From NCBI GenBank assembly GCA_963745075.1, contig CAVUWV010000018.1, positions 32,001-96,000 of the forward strand: a stretch of 64,000 bases of DNA. The letters run 5' to 3'. Below are positions 27,878-37,761 of this stretch, in pieces (within the stretch, counting starts at the first letter, position 1; every line of letters begins with the position of its first letter). This stretch comes from Candidatus Hydrogenedentota bacterium (lineage in GTDB: Bacteria; Hydrogenedentota; Hydrogenedentia; Hydrogenedentales; SLHB01). The notes beneath the pieces are model-generated. The model was given only the letters and a program-made list of their open reading frames with translations. It was not told the origin of the DNA and did not search any database. A program made the position numbers and the translations under genes.

Positions 27878-30475
27878 CTACACCTGGGGAACCAAGAGTG
27901 CGTCAAGTTCCGCCAGGAGCCGGCGTAGTTCGAACGGTTTGAGCAGAAAGCTTCGCGCTCCGAGAGCCATGGCATCTTCACGAACCTGGGGAGAAGCGTT
28001 GCCGGTCATGAAGACCACGGGTGGAGCATCGGTCCGCTGGCTGAGATCGCGCAGCACTTCGAGCCCGTCCCGATTGGGCATGAGCAAATCCAGAATGATG
28101 ATGTCCAAATGTTGCCGTCCGATGATTGTTTGGGCCTCGACGCCGTCGGTCGCCGACAACGTGTGGTATCCGCGCATCTGGAGGGTCTGCTTGAGGATTT
28201 CGCGGACGGCTTCGTCGTCGTCCACGATCAGGACCGTCTGTAACCCGGTTGCGACCTCGGGGGAGGGCGCATCGGGTTCGGCCGCGGGCTCGCGCGCCGC
28301 CGCCGGCAATACGATGGTAAACGTGTCGCCCCCTTCGGGGCCGCGATCCAGGGTGATGCGGCCGCCGTGTTCTTCCAGAATCGTCTGACACACCGCCAGC
28401 GCGATCGCCGACGTGGAAGTACTGTTTTCACTGAAGGGTTCGAACACGTTGCCGGAGGGCGTCGCGGAAATGCCCTGACCGCAGTGGGTGAATTGGACGA
28501 TCACCGCGTTGCGATCCGGTGTCGCGCCAGTTTGAACGGTAAGGGTCCCGCCCGTCTCATCCATGGCGTCTTCGGCGAGGTTGAAGAGATTCAAGAAGAC
28601 ATGTTCGAGGCGGCGGGCGTCCACCATGACGCGGTGCAATCCTTCGGCGTAAAGTTCCTGGACGCGGATGCCACGGCGCTCGAGACGGGACTTCATCATG
28701 GCCACGAACTGGTGGATTCGGAAGTTGATCAGGCTGGGTTCCAGATGGGGTTTGGAATGGGGCGCCAACGCGGCGAGGTCGGTTCGAAACCGGTTCAGGC
28801 GCCGGGTTTCCCGGACGATGGTGTCCAGGGCGCGGTGGTTTTCGAAGTCCTTGGCCTTAGCGAGCATGCGCTGCGCCTGGCTCGATATGAGGCCGAGCGG
28901 ACCGTCAAGAGTGCGGGCCACGGCGCCGGCAAAGCGACCAAGACGACCGGCTTGGTCCACGGTCTGTGATGCCGTTTGTTGTTCCGTTTTTCTCGCCGGC
29001 TCGGGCACGTGGGCGGCCAGCGAGCGTGCCAATTCTTCGGCCCGTTCGCCGGCGCACTCTTCAGCATGGCAGCGGGCGACCATCTGCCCCAAGACCCGGG
29101 CGTAGGACATGAGATCGGTGATGTCGGCGTCGGACACGCCGAAGTTGCTTGCGCTCGAATCGACGACGATCTGCCCGTAGCTACGTCCCTCGTGCAGCAT
29201 GGGTACGACAATGAGTCCATCGCGAGGGGTCGGCGTGGCGCCGCCGTTTTGGGATTGCCATCCTGCTTCAATTTTGCCCATGCCCAGTTCACGGACCGCG
29301 CGAAGGATCGGCGCCGGGTTGGTGTCATCTTCACTTGTGCGGAGATCGACGTTGATGTCCGATAAGGGATCATCGAGCGTTCTCCAGGTTTCGCCCAACA
29401 ATTCGCTGCCCGTCGCATTGGTTGCGAGGCAAACGCCGGGGGCGACCAACAGGCCCGCGCGGAGGGTATCGCCGCAGATGCGCACGATGGATCGAAGTGA
29501 CTGTCCCGGTGTTACGGCGAGTGTGGTGCGGTGAAGGGTTTCGAGCCGATGGACCCGGCGACGCAACGCCGGGACGTCGTCTTGCGGATCCGGCGGTACA
29601 CGAACGGACGGCGTTTCTTCTTCAGCGGCGTGGGTTATGGCCGGTTGTGCGGGTTCCGCACTCAACCGGATCCATTCGTGCGCGGCTTCCTGTAACGCGA
29701 GTTCGATCGCAGCGGTATCCAGTCCAAGGCTGGAAGCTAACGCACGAACGGCTGGAGGAAATGCGGTGTCGGCGACGCCGGCGCGGGAATGGCTGGCCAG
29801 CGTTCGCGCCAATTCGATTGCGGTGATAAGGCGCGTGGGAAAACACTGGGGAGACAAGGCGGACGGCGCGATATGGTGCAACCAGATCGTATCGACGATT
29901 TGCTGGGGTAGTCCGCGGGACTCGGCGAACCACTTACCGGCTTCGCCATGATGAAATCCGAGTGTGGCAATCTCCCGTTCCAAGGCGTCGGCATCGTCGC
30001 GTTCAAGATCGGGATGGCACGACGAATAGGTCGCAGAATCCAGGGCAAACAACACCCACTTCCCAATATCGCGCAGTAAGGCAGCCAAAAACGTTTCGGA
30101 TTCGTCGAGTTTGGGAGCCCGCCGCGCCAAGGCTCGTGCCAGCAAAGCTATGCGGACGGTCGATTCGTTGAGGACGTCCAAATGGCTGGAATCGACCGGT
30201 GTCGCTTCGGCGGATCGCAACTTCTCCGCGAGAATGTGGCGGAGCCCGGTCAGGCCCAAGGCGTCGAGCGCCGTCTGAAGGGTGGCATTGGCACTTGGCG
30301 AAGCCGCGGCGAGAACCTCGGCGATCAACGCCGGATCGCGCGGAAGGCGCTCTTCGATCTCGGTTGGGGTGAGTGGGTCACGAAGCAACCGGGTTTGGAA
30401 TTGGCGAAGAAACGCGGGGGGCGAAGGGATTCGGTTGATCTGTACAATGCGGTGTTTGGCCAGCGCCCTATCCAT
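27878..30475 (-). CDS. HDOD + GAF-like + degenerate histidine kinase + REC protein
   Basis: RDPAL, LLRDIGK, GFHHGEAG, IWLHH; kinase-like region with degenerate boxes; REC domain VDDDE, ILDLLMP, LKP. Confidence 0.8.
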   Translation of the reverse strand: MDRALAKHRIVQINRIPSPPAFLRQFQTRLLRDPLTPTEIEERLPRDPALIAEVLAAASPSANATLQTALDALGLTGLRHILAEKLRSAEATPVDSSHLDVLNESTVRIALLARALARRAPKLDESETFLAALLRDIGKWVLFALDSATYSSCHPDLERDDADALEREIATLGFHHGEAGKWFAESRGLPQQIVDTIWLHHIAPSALSPQCFPTRLITAIELARTLASHSRAGVADTAFPPAVRALASSLGLDTAAIELALQEAAHEWIRLSAEPAQPAITHAAEEETPSVRVPPDPQDDVPALRRRVHRLETLHRTTLAVTPGQSLRSIVRICGDTLRAGLLVAPGVCLATNATGSELLGETWRTLDDPLSDINVDLRTSEDDTNPAPILRAVRELGMGKIEAGWQSQNGGATPTPRDGLIVVPMLHEGRSYGQIVVDSSASNFGVSDADITDLMSYARVLGQMVARCHAEECAGERAEELARSLAAHVPEPARKTEQQTASQTVDQAGRLGRFAGAVARTLDGPLGLISSQAQRMLAKAKDFENHRALDTIVRETRRLNRFRTDLAALAPHSKPHLEPSLINFRIHQFVAMMKSRLERRGIRVQELYAEGLHRVMVDARRLEHVFLNLFNLAEDAMDETGGTLTVQTGATPDRNAVIVQFTHCGQGISATPSGNVFEPFSENSTSTSAIALAVCQTILEEHGGRITLDRGPEGGDTFTIVLPAAAREPAAEPDAPSPEVATGLQTVLIVDDDEAVREILKQTLQMRGYHTLSATDGVEAQTIIGRQHLDIIILDLLMPNRDGLEVLRDLSQRTDAPPVVFMTGNASPQVREDAMALGARSFLLKPFELRRLLAELDALLVPQV

Positions 30476-30637
30476 ACCCTACCACCAACGGGGTCTTAAT
30501 CATGTTGACGAGGTGGAGTCTACGGCGCGGCGCATGCAATGTCAATGAGGTTGTGGGGTTTAGGACGGGGAGACGCAGACTCGGACCTACACGGTATCGC
30601 ACGGACTGACGCGGTCACGGAAGCGGGATTGGCGGGG

Positions 30638-31054
30638 CTATTTCTTGGCGAGGTGTTCAGTGGGGTCGCGTGAAAGCACCCGGACGAGTCCGCCGAGGGC
30701 GGCGAGGACGGCACCCAACAGGAAGCAAAGCATACCGCCGAGGTAGGTCCCCACGGCCACATCTCCGACGCGGAGCATGCGGCCAAAGACGATGCAGCCA
30801 ATGCCGATGGCGGCGATCATGAGGCCGGTCAGGGCGTAATTCTGGCGGGGCTCTGCATTGTCGGAACGTTGCTCGGTGACCAGGCTTTCCAATTCCTGAC
30901 TGGTCTCGAGAAGACGAGGATTGTGGTCGACCTTGTCGAGGAGGGCGATCCGTAGGCGGTAATCCAGCCACGCGCGGAGGATGGCGTAGAGAACGCTATA
31001 CAGGAGTGTAACAAGTACGAGGATTAAGGGTATTAGGATTAAGAAGGATTCCAT
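30638..31054 (-). CDS. Small membrane protein (DUF6249-like) divergent from the ECF operon
   Basis: N-terminal TM, RLRIALLDK linker, two C-terminal TMs. Confidence 0.6.
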   Translation of the reverse strand: MESFLILIPLILVLVTLLYSVLYAILRAWLDYRLRIALLDKVDHNPRLLETSQELESLVTEQRSDNAEPRQNYALTGLMIAAIGIGCIVFGRMLRVGDVAVGTYLGGMLCFLLGAVLAALGGLVRVLSRDPTEHLAKK

Positions 31055-31282
31055 AATCGCTGGACAGGCCCCTTATAGTTGCGGGGTCCGGCGGGACGCC
31101 CACCAGAGAGAGTACAAGAAAAGGAGGTTTTTCTTACGCTGGATCTGGCCCTGATGTGGCACGTCCCGCCGGTTAAAGTGAATTAAACTATACCTAATGT
31201 TTGAATCTCGGACTTTTACGCCCCCGTCTGGGGCGTAAAGGCGTCTTCAACTTGTTCGGAAGCCTTCTGACTTACTCGTAAT

Positions 31283-31312
31283 TTGGACTGGGTTCCTGCC
31301 CCGCGGGTTTCA
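31283..31312 (-). promoter_or_regulatory. ECF-type promoter (leftward)
   Basis: Minus strand TGAAACCCGC-ggggcaggaaccc-AGTCCAA. Confidence 0.7.
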
Positions 31313-31360
31313 CCTGACTTGCACGACATTCGCTATCCTCATCCTGAGCTATGACTTAAC

Positions 31361-31390
31361 TGAAACCCGCCTAGTGTCATTTGAGTCTAA
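31361..31390 (+). promoter_or_regulatory. ECF-type promoter (rightward, probably autoregulatory)
   Basis: TGAAACCCGC-ctagtgtcatttg-AGTCTAA, 8 nt before ATG 31399. Confidence 0.7.
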
Positions 31391-31398
31391 AGCGTGTT

Positions 31399-32322
31399 AT
31401 GAAGCCGCACATGCGAAGCATAGTGACCGCTCTGGTTGTATCCGGTCTGGTCGTATTGTTTATGGTACGGGTTGTCGCACCGTCGCTTCCGCCGATGGTG
31501 GGTAGGCCGGATGTGCAGGAAGTGAAACAGTTCAATCATCCGGCCGAAGGCACGTTTCGACTGATTAACTCGGATGGATTGGTGCGGGTATCGACGCATT
31601 CGGGGTCCAATATCACGGGCCGGGCCGATATACGTGCGTTCCTGCGCAATGGGGCCACAAAGGAAGCGTTGCGTGAGTATGTCGAGTCGATGGTCCACAT
31701 CCAGGGAAGCGGCACCGGGGTCGCTATTACCACGGAGCCGTCGGAACGGCCGGATGGAATCGAACTCTTTGTCGTGTACGATGTTCAGGTTCCGGTGGGA
31801 ACGAACGTTGACATCGAAAGCAATAACGGCAATGTTTGGGTCCTGCCGGGTTGTGGGCGGGTCGACGTGCGAGGCCGGAATACCGATATTGATGTTCGGG
31901 GCCCGAAGGGCAGTGTTGTCGCCGAGAGTGTCAACGGGCGGATAACGGTCCATGAAGCGCCCGATGGCGGACAACTGAAGACGGTGAACGGGAACGTGTA
32001 TGCGGACGTGGCCGGGGGGCATTTGGAGGCTGTGACCGCGAACGGAAACATAATTGCACGGCTCTTGAGTCCCTCGGTTGCGGGGGCGGCGCTGTCCACG
32101 CAAAATGGCGGAGTGACGCTTACGATGGAGGATGATTGTTCCGCGTCGATCGTGGCGAGGACCGAACGAGGCAGCGTGCGGACGGAATTGCCGGTGGACA
32201 CGACAGCGGGAACGCAGCAGCGCAAGGTATTAGAGGGCACTGTCGGGGCGGGCGCGAGTCGCGCCAGAATTACCATGGACACCCTGAACGGGAACATCTC
32301 GATTGCGAGGAGCAGTTCATGA
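31399..32322 (+). CDS. DUF4097 beta-strand repeat protein with N-terminal membrane anchor
   Basis: Repeated SNNGNV / SVNGRI / TVNGNV / TANGNI / TQNGGV / TLNGNI. Confidence 0.85.
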   Translation: MKPHMRSIVTALVVSGLVVLFMVRVVAPSLPPMVGRPDVQEVKQFNHPAEGTFRLINSDGLVRVSTHSGSNITGRADIRAFLRNGATKEALREYVESMVHIQGSGTGVAITTEPSERPDGIELFVVYDVQVPVGTNVDIESNNGNVWVLPGCGRVDVRGRNTDIDVRGPKGSVVAESVNGRITVHEAPDGGQLKTVNGNVYADVAGGHLEAVTANGNIIARLLSPSVAGAALSTQNGGVTLTMEDDCSASIVARTERGSVRTELPVDTTAGTQQRKVLEGTVGAGASRARITMDTLNGNISIARSSS

Positions 32323-32918
32323 CAGGGCCGAACGTGGCCGTATGGCCGAACACGGGAAAGGTCAAGATGGTCGATGACTCCGATTTGTCCCTGGTAAACC
32401 GGACCAAAGCGGGCGACATCGAAGCATTTTCCGAACTTGCGCGGCGCCACGAGCGTGTGGTGTACAACTTGGCATACCGTTTTATGCGGGACGCCGTGCT
32501 GGCGGAGGATATGGCGCAAGAGGCTTTTCTCAAGGCTTATCGGTTGCTGAACGGGTTCCGGGGCGATTGCAGTTTTTCGACGTGGCTGTACCGGGTAACG
32601 TCGAGCGTGTGTCTCACGGAGTTGAACCGGCGAAAACGCCGGGGCGAGGTCGCGCTGACCCCCTCGCATACCAGCGAGGCCGCGACGGATCCGGAGGAAG
32701 CGACGGACACGCCGGAGCTGATCCGGCGGTGTGTGATGCAGTTGCCGGACCGGTACGCGACGATTGTGACGATGTACTATCTCGACGAAATCTCCTATGA
32801 AGAAATCGCCGAGACTTTGAATATCCCCATGGGAACGCTGAAGACGTGGATGCACCGTGCGCGACACCAATTGCGGAAGATCGTGGAGAAGGAGATCAAG
32901 TCGAATGGAGTTCAATGA
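32319..32918 (+). CDS. ECF sigma factor (SigW/RpoE-like)
   Basis: GDIEAFSEL, AEDMAQEAFLKAY, FSTWLYRV, SYEEIAETLNIPMGTLKTWMHRAR; ATGA overlap with the upstream gene. Confidence 0.92.
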   Translation: MTGPNVAVWPNTGKVKMVDDSDLSLVNRTKAGDIEAFSELARRHERVVYNLAYRFMRDAVLAEDMAQEAFLKAYRLLNGFRGDCSFSTWLYRVTSSVCLTELNRRKRRGEVALTPSHTSEAATDPEEATDTPELIRRCVMQLPDRYATIVTMYYLDEISYEEIAETLNIPMGTLKTWMHRARHQLRKIVEKEIKSNGVQ

Positions 32919-33318
32919 CATGGATGGGTTGGACGATATAATTGAAGCGGCGCTGCGCGACGAATCGTTGCGGGAGGTGCCATCCGGCTTTCATCAGCGC
33001 ATGGCCGGTCGGCTCCGCGTAACGGCGCTGGCGAAATCGGAGCGTCAGGGATTTCATTTCCGGATGGCGGCGACGGCGATGGTGTTTGCGGTGCTGGGCG
33101 TCGTGTTGATCGGCGTGCCCGTGTTGGCGTTTTATCAGGGGTGGATGGTCCACAGCGTTCCGGGGGCGATGGGATATTTTGACTATCTCGTGGTGTTCGC
33201 GGTCCAGTATTGGGGCGAAATCGCGGTGATTCTGGGTGGTGCGACGGGCGTTGCCGCGGTGGCCGCAGCGACGACCTTGGCGCTACCGCGTTTGCGTCGG
33301 CGCGCCCAACAGCACTGA
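32905..33318 (+). CDS. Putative membrane anti-sigma factor
   Basis: Overlaps the end of the sigma gene; VPSGFHQRM motif followed by TM helices. Confidence 0.7.
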   Translation: MEFNDMDGLDDIIEAALRDESLREVPSGFHQRMAGRLRVTALAKSERQGFHFRMAATAMVFAVLGVVLIGVPVLAFYQGWMVHSVPGAMGYFDYLVVFAVQYWGEIAVILGGATGVAAVAAATTLALPRLRRRAQQH

Positions 33319-33571
33319 ATTTGATACTTGCTTTTTTATGGCCGCAATCCGGCGGGCTCCGGTTTGCGGCCTTCTTGTTGGAGACGGATGCGCAAGCCGC
33401 TACTCCCGGCCCGGCCCCGCCAACTTAAGTGCGTGCCTGGATGAGTCTTACGGTTGGCCACAGGAACCGCCGCAGAGGCTTCCCTTCCCACCGATCATCT
33501 GCTATAATCCGGCGCCTCGATCAGATATCGCGATTGTTTTTTGGAGTTGTTTCAGGAAAGGAATTGGCGCA

Positions 33572-34039
33572 ATGCCGGGGAAATACAGTTGTCCGAAATG
33601 TGGCAGAAGGTTTACGGAATGGGGCGCCGAAAGGTACGGCTTCAAGTGTCCCGGCGATGAGTGGTGCCCGAAAGATCGACCGGAAGAGATCGCACTTGTG
33701 CGCGTCGGTATGCAGGACGATGCCAAACCCGCCAAGAAGCCAACGCTGAAGCGGCCCACGAAGCGTGTAGTGGTCACTCCCTCATCCATGAACGAAGACG
33801 AGATCCTCGTGCCGGACATTGAAGCGATCGAAGCGGACACGGACACGGATGATGACGAAATTGAAGAAGTCGAAGACGATGAAGAAGAAGTTGTTGTGAG
33901 CGGAGCCAAGGTTTCCACCAAAGCGACTGACGATGATTCCGTTTCCGAGGAAAACGACGATGTTGACGATGAAGACTTGGAAGTGGACGAAGGATTGGAA
34001 GACGCCGAAGACATTCCAGAGGAAGAATGGAAGGCATAA
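33572..34039 (+). CDS. Zn-ribbon protein with a highly acidic tail (FYDLN_acid/TIGR02300-like)
   Basis: CPKCGRRF..FKCP..C followed by a D/E-rich C-terminus; AAGGA RBS; TGcTATAAT at 33500-33508. Confidence 0.65.
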   Translation: MPGKYSCPKCGRRFTEWGAERYGFKCPGDEWCPKDRPEEIALVRVGMQDDAKPAKKPTLKRPTKRVVVTPSSMNEDEILVPDIEAIEADTDTDDDEIEEVEDDEEEVVVSGAKVSTKATDDDSVSEENDDVDDEDLEVDEGLEDAEDIPEEEWKA

Positions 34040-34059
34040 CCGAAGATCGAGGGGCGTAC

Positions 34060-34237
34060 ACCCAGGGTTCCGCTCGTACTTCGCTCCACCTTGGGCTACC
34101 ATCGGGCCGCCCCGTCCGGGGCTGATATGACGGCCATCTCCGCTTTCACCTGTGCAAATCGGCGTCATCTGCGTGCACGTTCTCAGTTTGATTGCGGCGA
34201 TGCTGCGCTGTGCAAATTTGTGTAATCTATGGACCCT
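34060..34237. repeat. Cluster of REP-like elements between convergent genes
   Basis: acccaggg..cttcgct..ccttgggct..gccccgtccggggc (related to 5980-6203) and two inverted copies of the CAGAT repeat seen at 4354-4430. Confidence 0.65.
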
Positions 34238-34309
34238 CCTTGAATCGCTTTCAATTGCAGAACCTGGGGACGCATTCTTGCTCGTTGGTTGCGGGCGCGC
34301 CGCGCAGGG

Positions 34310-34828
34310 CTATGCGTCCGTCTGTTGAATCGCGGCGGGCTGCGGCGATTGCACGGTCTGGTAGGTTTCAACCTGGGGCTGCATGACGGGCAGGCTTCGC
34401 AAGACGCCGGAAATCCCGATGATCGCAACCGCCAACCCGGCGAGGATAGCCATCCACAGTTTGGCGTTTTTTCGAAGGGGTTCCGCCCATCCGCGTGTGG
34501 AGGTAAGGCCCAGGGCCAGTCCGAAGACAATGATAGCAAGAAGGAATTTGACGCCAAAGAGCATGTGATAAAGCGGCTGGTTCACATGGAGATGGCGCGT
34601 GATGACGAGATAGTTGTAGAGACCGCTCACGAGAAAGAGCAGGATGCAGGTATGCACCACGTGTTGCCATCGCTTCATAATCGCCGCACGCAGTTTCTGA
34701 TGGGTTTCGTCGTCCAGGACGGACGCGGCCGACGGCATCAGCACGAATCGTATAAAGAAGATTCCGCCGACTGCCGTAACGGCGGCGAGGATATGGGTCC
34801 ACCGCATCACCAAGGCCAATAGCGACAT
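34310..34828 (-). CDS. Four-TM membrane protein (CopD-like N-terminus)
   Basis: RWTHILAAVTAVGG, LVSGLYN, YHMLFGVKFLLA. Confidence 0.65.
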   Translation of the reverse strand: MSLLALVMRWTHILAAVTAVGGIFFIRFVLMPSAASVLDDETHQKLRAAIMKRWQHVVHTCILLFLVSGLYNYLVITRHLHVNQPLYHMLFGVKFLLAIIVFGLALGLTSTRGWAEPLRKNAKLWMAILAGLAVAIIGISGVLRSLPVMQPQVETYQTVQSPQPAAIQQTDA

Positions 34829-35025
34829 TCCAGAACTCCCTTCCCGCAAATGGGCGCAGTGCATGTCTCAACCGATTGGGAACCACGCTAGCGAAATCGT
34901 GCCGGTCATTGCAAGGACAAGTAACTTAGAGCGTGTTTCAAAAGTGGTCATCACGCGATTTATAGACGTGCGGCGGATGTGGCGCAGGCGTCCACGCCAT
35001 CGCGGTCCCGGTTAACGGGATCCTG

Positions 35026-35082
35026 CACAAGTATGAATGTCACAAGTATGAATTGACACCATGCGGCGGGCGGTGCTACGAT
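35026..35082 (+). promoter_or_regulatory. Sigma70 promoter of hpf-hprK-rapZ preceded by a 13-bp direct repeat
   Basis: CACAAGTATGAAT twice (35026, 35041), then TTGACA-18 bp-TACGAT with TG extension. Confidence 0.6.
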
Positions 35083-35131
35083 CTTGAATTGCCCTACAAG
35101 GTCTTGGTAAGTAGCGGAGGTACAGGAAATT

Positions 35132-35698
35132 ATGCGCGTTTCGATAGCAGGCCGACACTTGGAAATGACGGATGCGTTGAAGTCTCACGTGGAAGAACGT
35201 CTCGATAAGGTTCGGGCTCATTTCGATAAGGTCATCGATGTGGACGTGGTCCTCACGGTCGAGAAGCACCGACACATTGCGGAAGTCACGGTTCACGCGA
35301 ACGGCGTCCGGATTCACGGCAAGGAGTCGTCGGGCGACATGTATGCGTCGGTGGATATGGTGATCGAGAAGATCGATCGGCAGATCCTGAAGTTCAAGGA
35401 TCGGAATCATCGGTTCCAGCCGCGCAAAGGCAAGGTCGCGGTGTTGCCGGCGAATGAGATCAGCGCCGCGGTGGAAGCGGAGCGGGAAGAAGTCGCCGTG
35501 GCGACGGAGCCTGCGGGTCCGCGAGCGGTGGTGCGGGAACCGTTGTCCATGAAACCGATGAACGTGGACGAGGCGATTCTCCAGTTGGAGATCAGCAACG
35601 ATTCGTTTCTGGTGTTCTCGAACTCGGACACGCAGCAGGTGAACGTGCTGTACGTCAAAGATGACGGAACGTTCGGTTTGATCGAGCCGGAGTTTTAG
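35132..35698 (+). CDS. hpf: Ribosome hibernation promoting factor (long HPF/RaiA)
   Basis: GRHLEMTDALKSHV, DMYASVD, KPMNVDEAILQL, VNVLY..DG.FGLIEP. Confidence 0.95.
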   Translation: MRVSIAGRHLEMTDALKSHVEERLDKVRAHFDKVIDVDVVLTVEKHRHIAEVTVHANGVRIHGKESSGDMYASVDMVIEKIDRQILKFKDRNHRFQPRKGKVAVLPANEISAAVEAEREEVAVATEPAGPRAVVREPLSMKPMNVDEAILQLEISNDSFLVFSNSDTQQVNVLYVKDDGTFGLIEPEF

Positions 35699-35826
35699 CG
35701 CAGTCCGCGGAGACCTTCCCCTGATTCGAGCGACCCGATGCGACGTTCGGCAAAACGGGACGGTTGGTCTTGGCGGCGAGATTACGAGTACGATTACGAG
35801 GTCGAAGAGTTTTAGGCGGGGGTTCG

Positions 35827-36795
35827 ATGGATACGCTCAACCTTCCGGTTAACCGCAAGAGCAGCATTGCCGTGGCGCGTTTGCTGGATGCCATGGCGGG
35901 CGACCTGGAGCTGGAGGTGCTCTGCGGGTTCCAGGGGATCGGACGGTCCGTGTTTACGTCGGATATCAACCGGCCGGGCTTGGCTTTGGGCGGATATCTG
36001 GAGTATTTCGCGAGCGATCGGATTCAGATTCTCGGGAACACCGAAATTCACTACATGGAGCAGTTGTCGACGGCAGAATTGCAGCACCGCCTGGAGAACA
36101 TGTTCTCCTTTGAAGTCCCCGCGTTTTTGCTCTCGCGCAATCTGCACCCCAGCAACATCTTCATGGACATGTGCAACCGGCGGGGCATTCCGGTATTGCG
36201 AAGCAAGCGAACGACCGATGAAGTAATCAGCCGCATCATTCTCTTTCTGGCGGAGGAGTTTTCCCCGGAAACGATCGTGCATGGGTCGGCGGTGGATTGT
36301 TACGGGGTAGGCTGCCTCATCGTCGGTGCGCCCGGGATTGGTAAGAGTGAAACGGCGCTGGAATTGGTCGAACGTGGACACCGTATCGTCGCGGACGATG
36401 TGGTCGCGTTGAAACGGCGCCGCGAGGATTCGTTGTACGCGGAATCGTCTCCGGTGATCGAACACCACATGGAGATTCGCGGGATCGGTATTATCGATAT
36501 CAAGAGCGTGTACGGCGTGGGGCGGGTCCGCAATTCGAAGCGTATCGGGCTGGTGGTTGAGCTGGAGGAATGGAGCCAGGAATCGGAATACGACCGGACC
36601 GGCCTTACGGAAGAATTCGTGACGGTGCTGGGGGTGCGGATCCCCTACCTGCTCATTCCGGTACGGCCCGGGCGCAATATCGCGATCATTCTGGAGGTCG
36701 CGGCGCTGAATCATCGCCTGAAAGAGCTTGGCGTGCACCCCGCGCAGAAACTCAACGAACGGCTGATGAGCCTCATGAGCAGTGGAGATGGCTGA
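35827..36795 (+). CDS. hprK: HPr kinase/phosphorylase
   Basis: INRPGLAL, GAPGIGKSETALELVERGHRIVADD, MEIRGIGII, PVRPGRN. Confidence 0.96.
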   Translation: MDTLNLPVNRKSSIAVARLLDAMAGDLELEVLCGFQGIGRSVFTSDINRPGLALGGYLEYFASDRIQILGNTEIHYMEQLSTAELQHRLENMFSFEVPAFLLSRNLHPSNIFMDMCNRRGIPVLRSKRTTDEVISRIILFLAEEFSPETIVHGSAVDCYGVGCLIVGAPGIGKSETALELVERGHRIVADDVVALKRRREDSLYAESSPVIEHHMEIRGIGIIDIKSVYGVGRVRNSKRIGLVVELEEWSQESEYDRTGLTEEFVTVLGVRIPYLLIPVRPGRNIAIILEVAALNHRLKELGVHPAQKLNERLMSLMSSGDG

Positions 36796-37672
36796 GCGGT
36801 CCCGTTTCGTGGTCGTTACTGGATTGTCGGGAGCGGGAAAGAGCCAGGTGCTTCGCGTGCTTGAAGACCTGAACTATTATTGCATCGACAATCTCCCGCC
36901 TTCCCTGGTTCCCACGATTGCGGAACTGGGCGCACGCAGCGTGAAACCTCGCGCCCGGATCGCGGTTTGCGTGGATGTGCGCGCAGGCGAGGACTTGCGA
37001 AATCTTCCCGGGTATCTCGACGAGGTGGCGGAAATGGGAATCCGGCCGGAAGTTCTTTTTCTGGACAGCACGGACCAGGTCCTTCTGACGCGATACAGCG
37101 AAACTCGACGTCGGCACCCGGCGGCGTCGCGGGGCAGCGTGGAAGAAGGCATCGCGCGGGAACGGGAACTCCTCTCCCCCATTCGCGGCCGGGCGGACTT
37201 GCTGCTTGACACGAGCACGTTGTCGGTCGTGCAATTGCGCGAACGCGTGGCGGGCGTTTTTCAGGCCGACCAGAAAGCGCAGAAGATGTCGGTCAGCGTC
37301 CTGTCGTTCGGGTTCAAATACGGTGTTCCCCCGGAAGCGGACTTGGTGTTCGACGTGCGTTTTCTGCCCAACCCTCATTACGAAGCCGACTTGCGACCGT
37401 TCAGCGGTGAGGAGCCGCAGGTCAGCGCGTACGTGCTGGATAACCCTGAGGCGACGGAGTTTTTGGAGCGGTTGAAGGGGCTCTTGAAGTTTCTCATTCC
37501 CCGGTATCAGGCCGAGCCGAAAGCGTACCTGACGATCGCGGTCGGATGCACGGGAGGACGCCATCGATCGGTGGCCGTGGCCCGTGAACTGATCGGTTTC
37601 ATCCGCGACATGGGATGCCCGGCGCGGTTGCGTCATCGGGACATTGCGCGGTCGCCGGATGGCGCACCGTAA
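36788..37672 (+). CDS. rapZ: RNase adapter RapZ (YvcJ/YhbJ family)
   Basis: TGLSGAGKS, DNLPP, SFGFKYG, DVRFLPNPHY, GCTGGRHRSV. Confidence 0.96.
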   Translation: MAERSRFVVVTGLSGAGKSQVLRVLEDLNYYCIDNLPPSLVPTIAELGARSVKPRARIAVCVDVRAGEDLRNLPGYLDEVAEMGIRPEVLFLDSTDQVLLTRYSETRRRHPAASRGSVEEGIARERELLSPIRGRADLLLDTSTLSVVQLRERVAGVFQADQKAQKMSVSVLSFGFKYGVPPEADLVFDVRFLPNPHYEADLRPFSGEEPQVSAYVLDNPEATEFLERLKGLLKFLIPRYQAEPKAYLTIAVGCTGGRHRSVAVARELIGFIRDMGCPARLRHRDIARSPDGAP

Positions 37673-37732
37673 GCGGTTGTAGCGGCACACCTTCGCGGAG
37701 CCGTGCATCCATTTTAGTTCCTCGCCACCCTT

Positions 37733-37761
37733 TTGATTTCCCGCCGCCCCTAACGTATACT
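37733..37761 (+). promoter_or_regulatory. Putative sigma70 promoter upstream of ptsH
   Basis: TTGATT-17 bp-TATACT. Confidence 0.5.
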
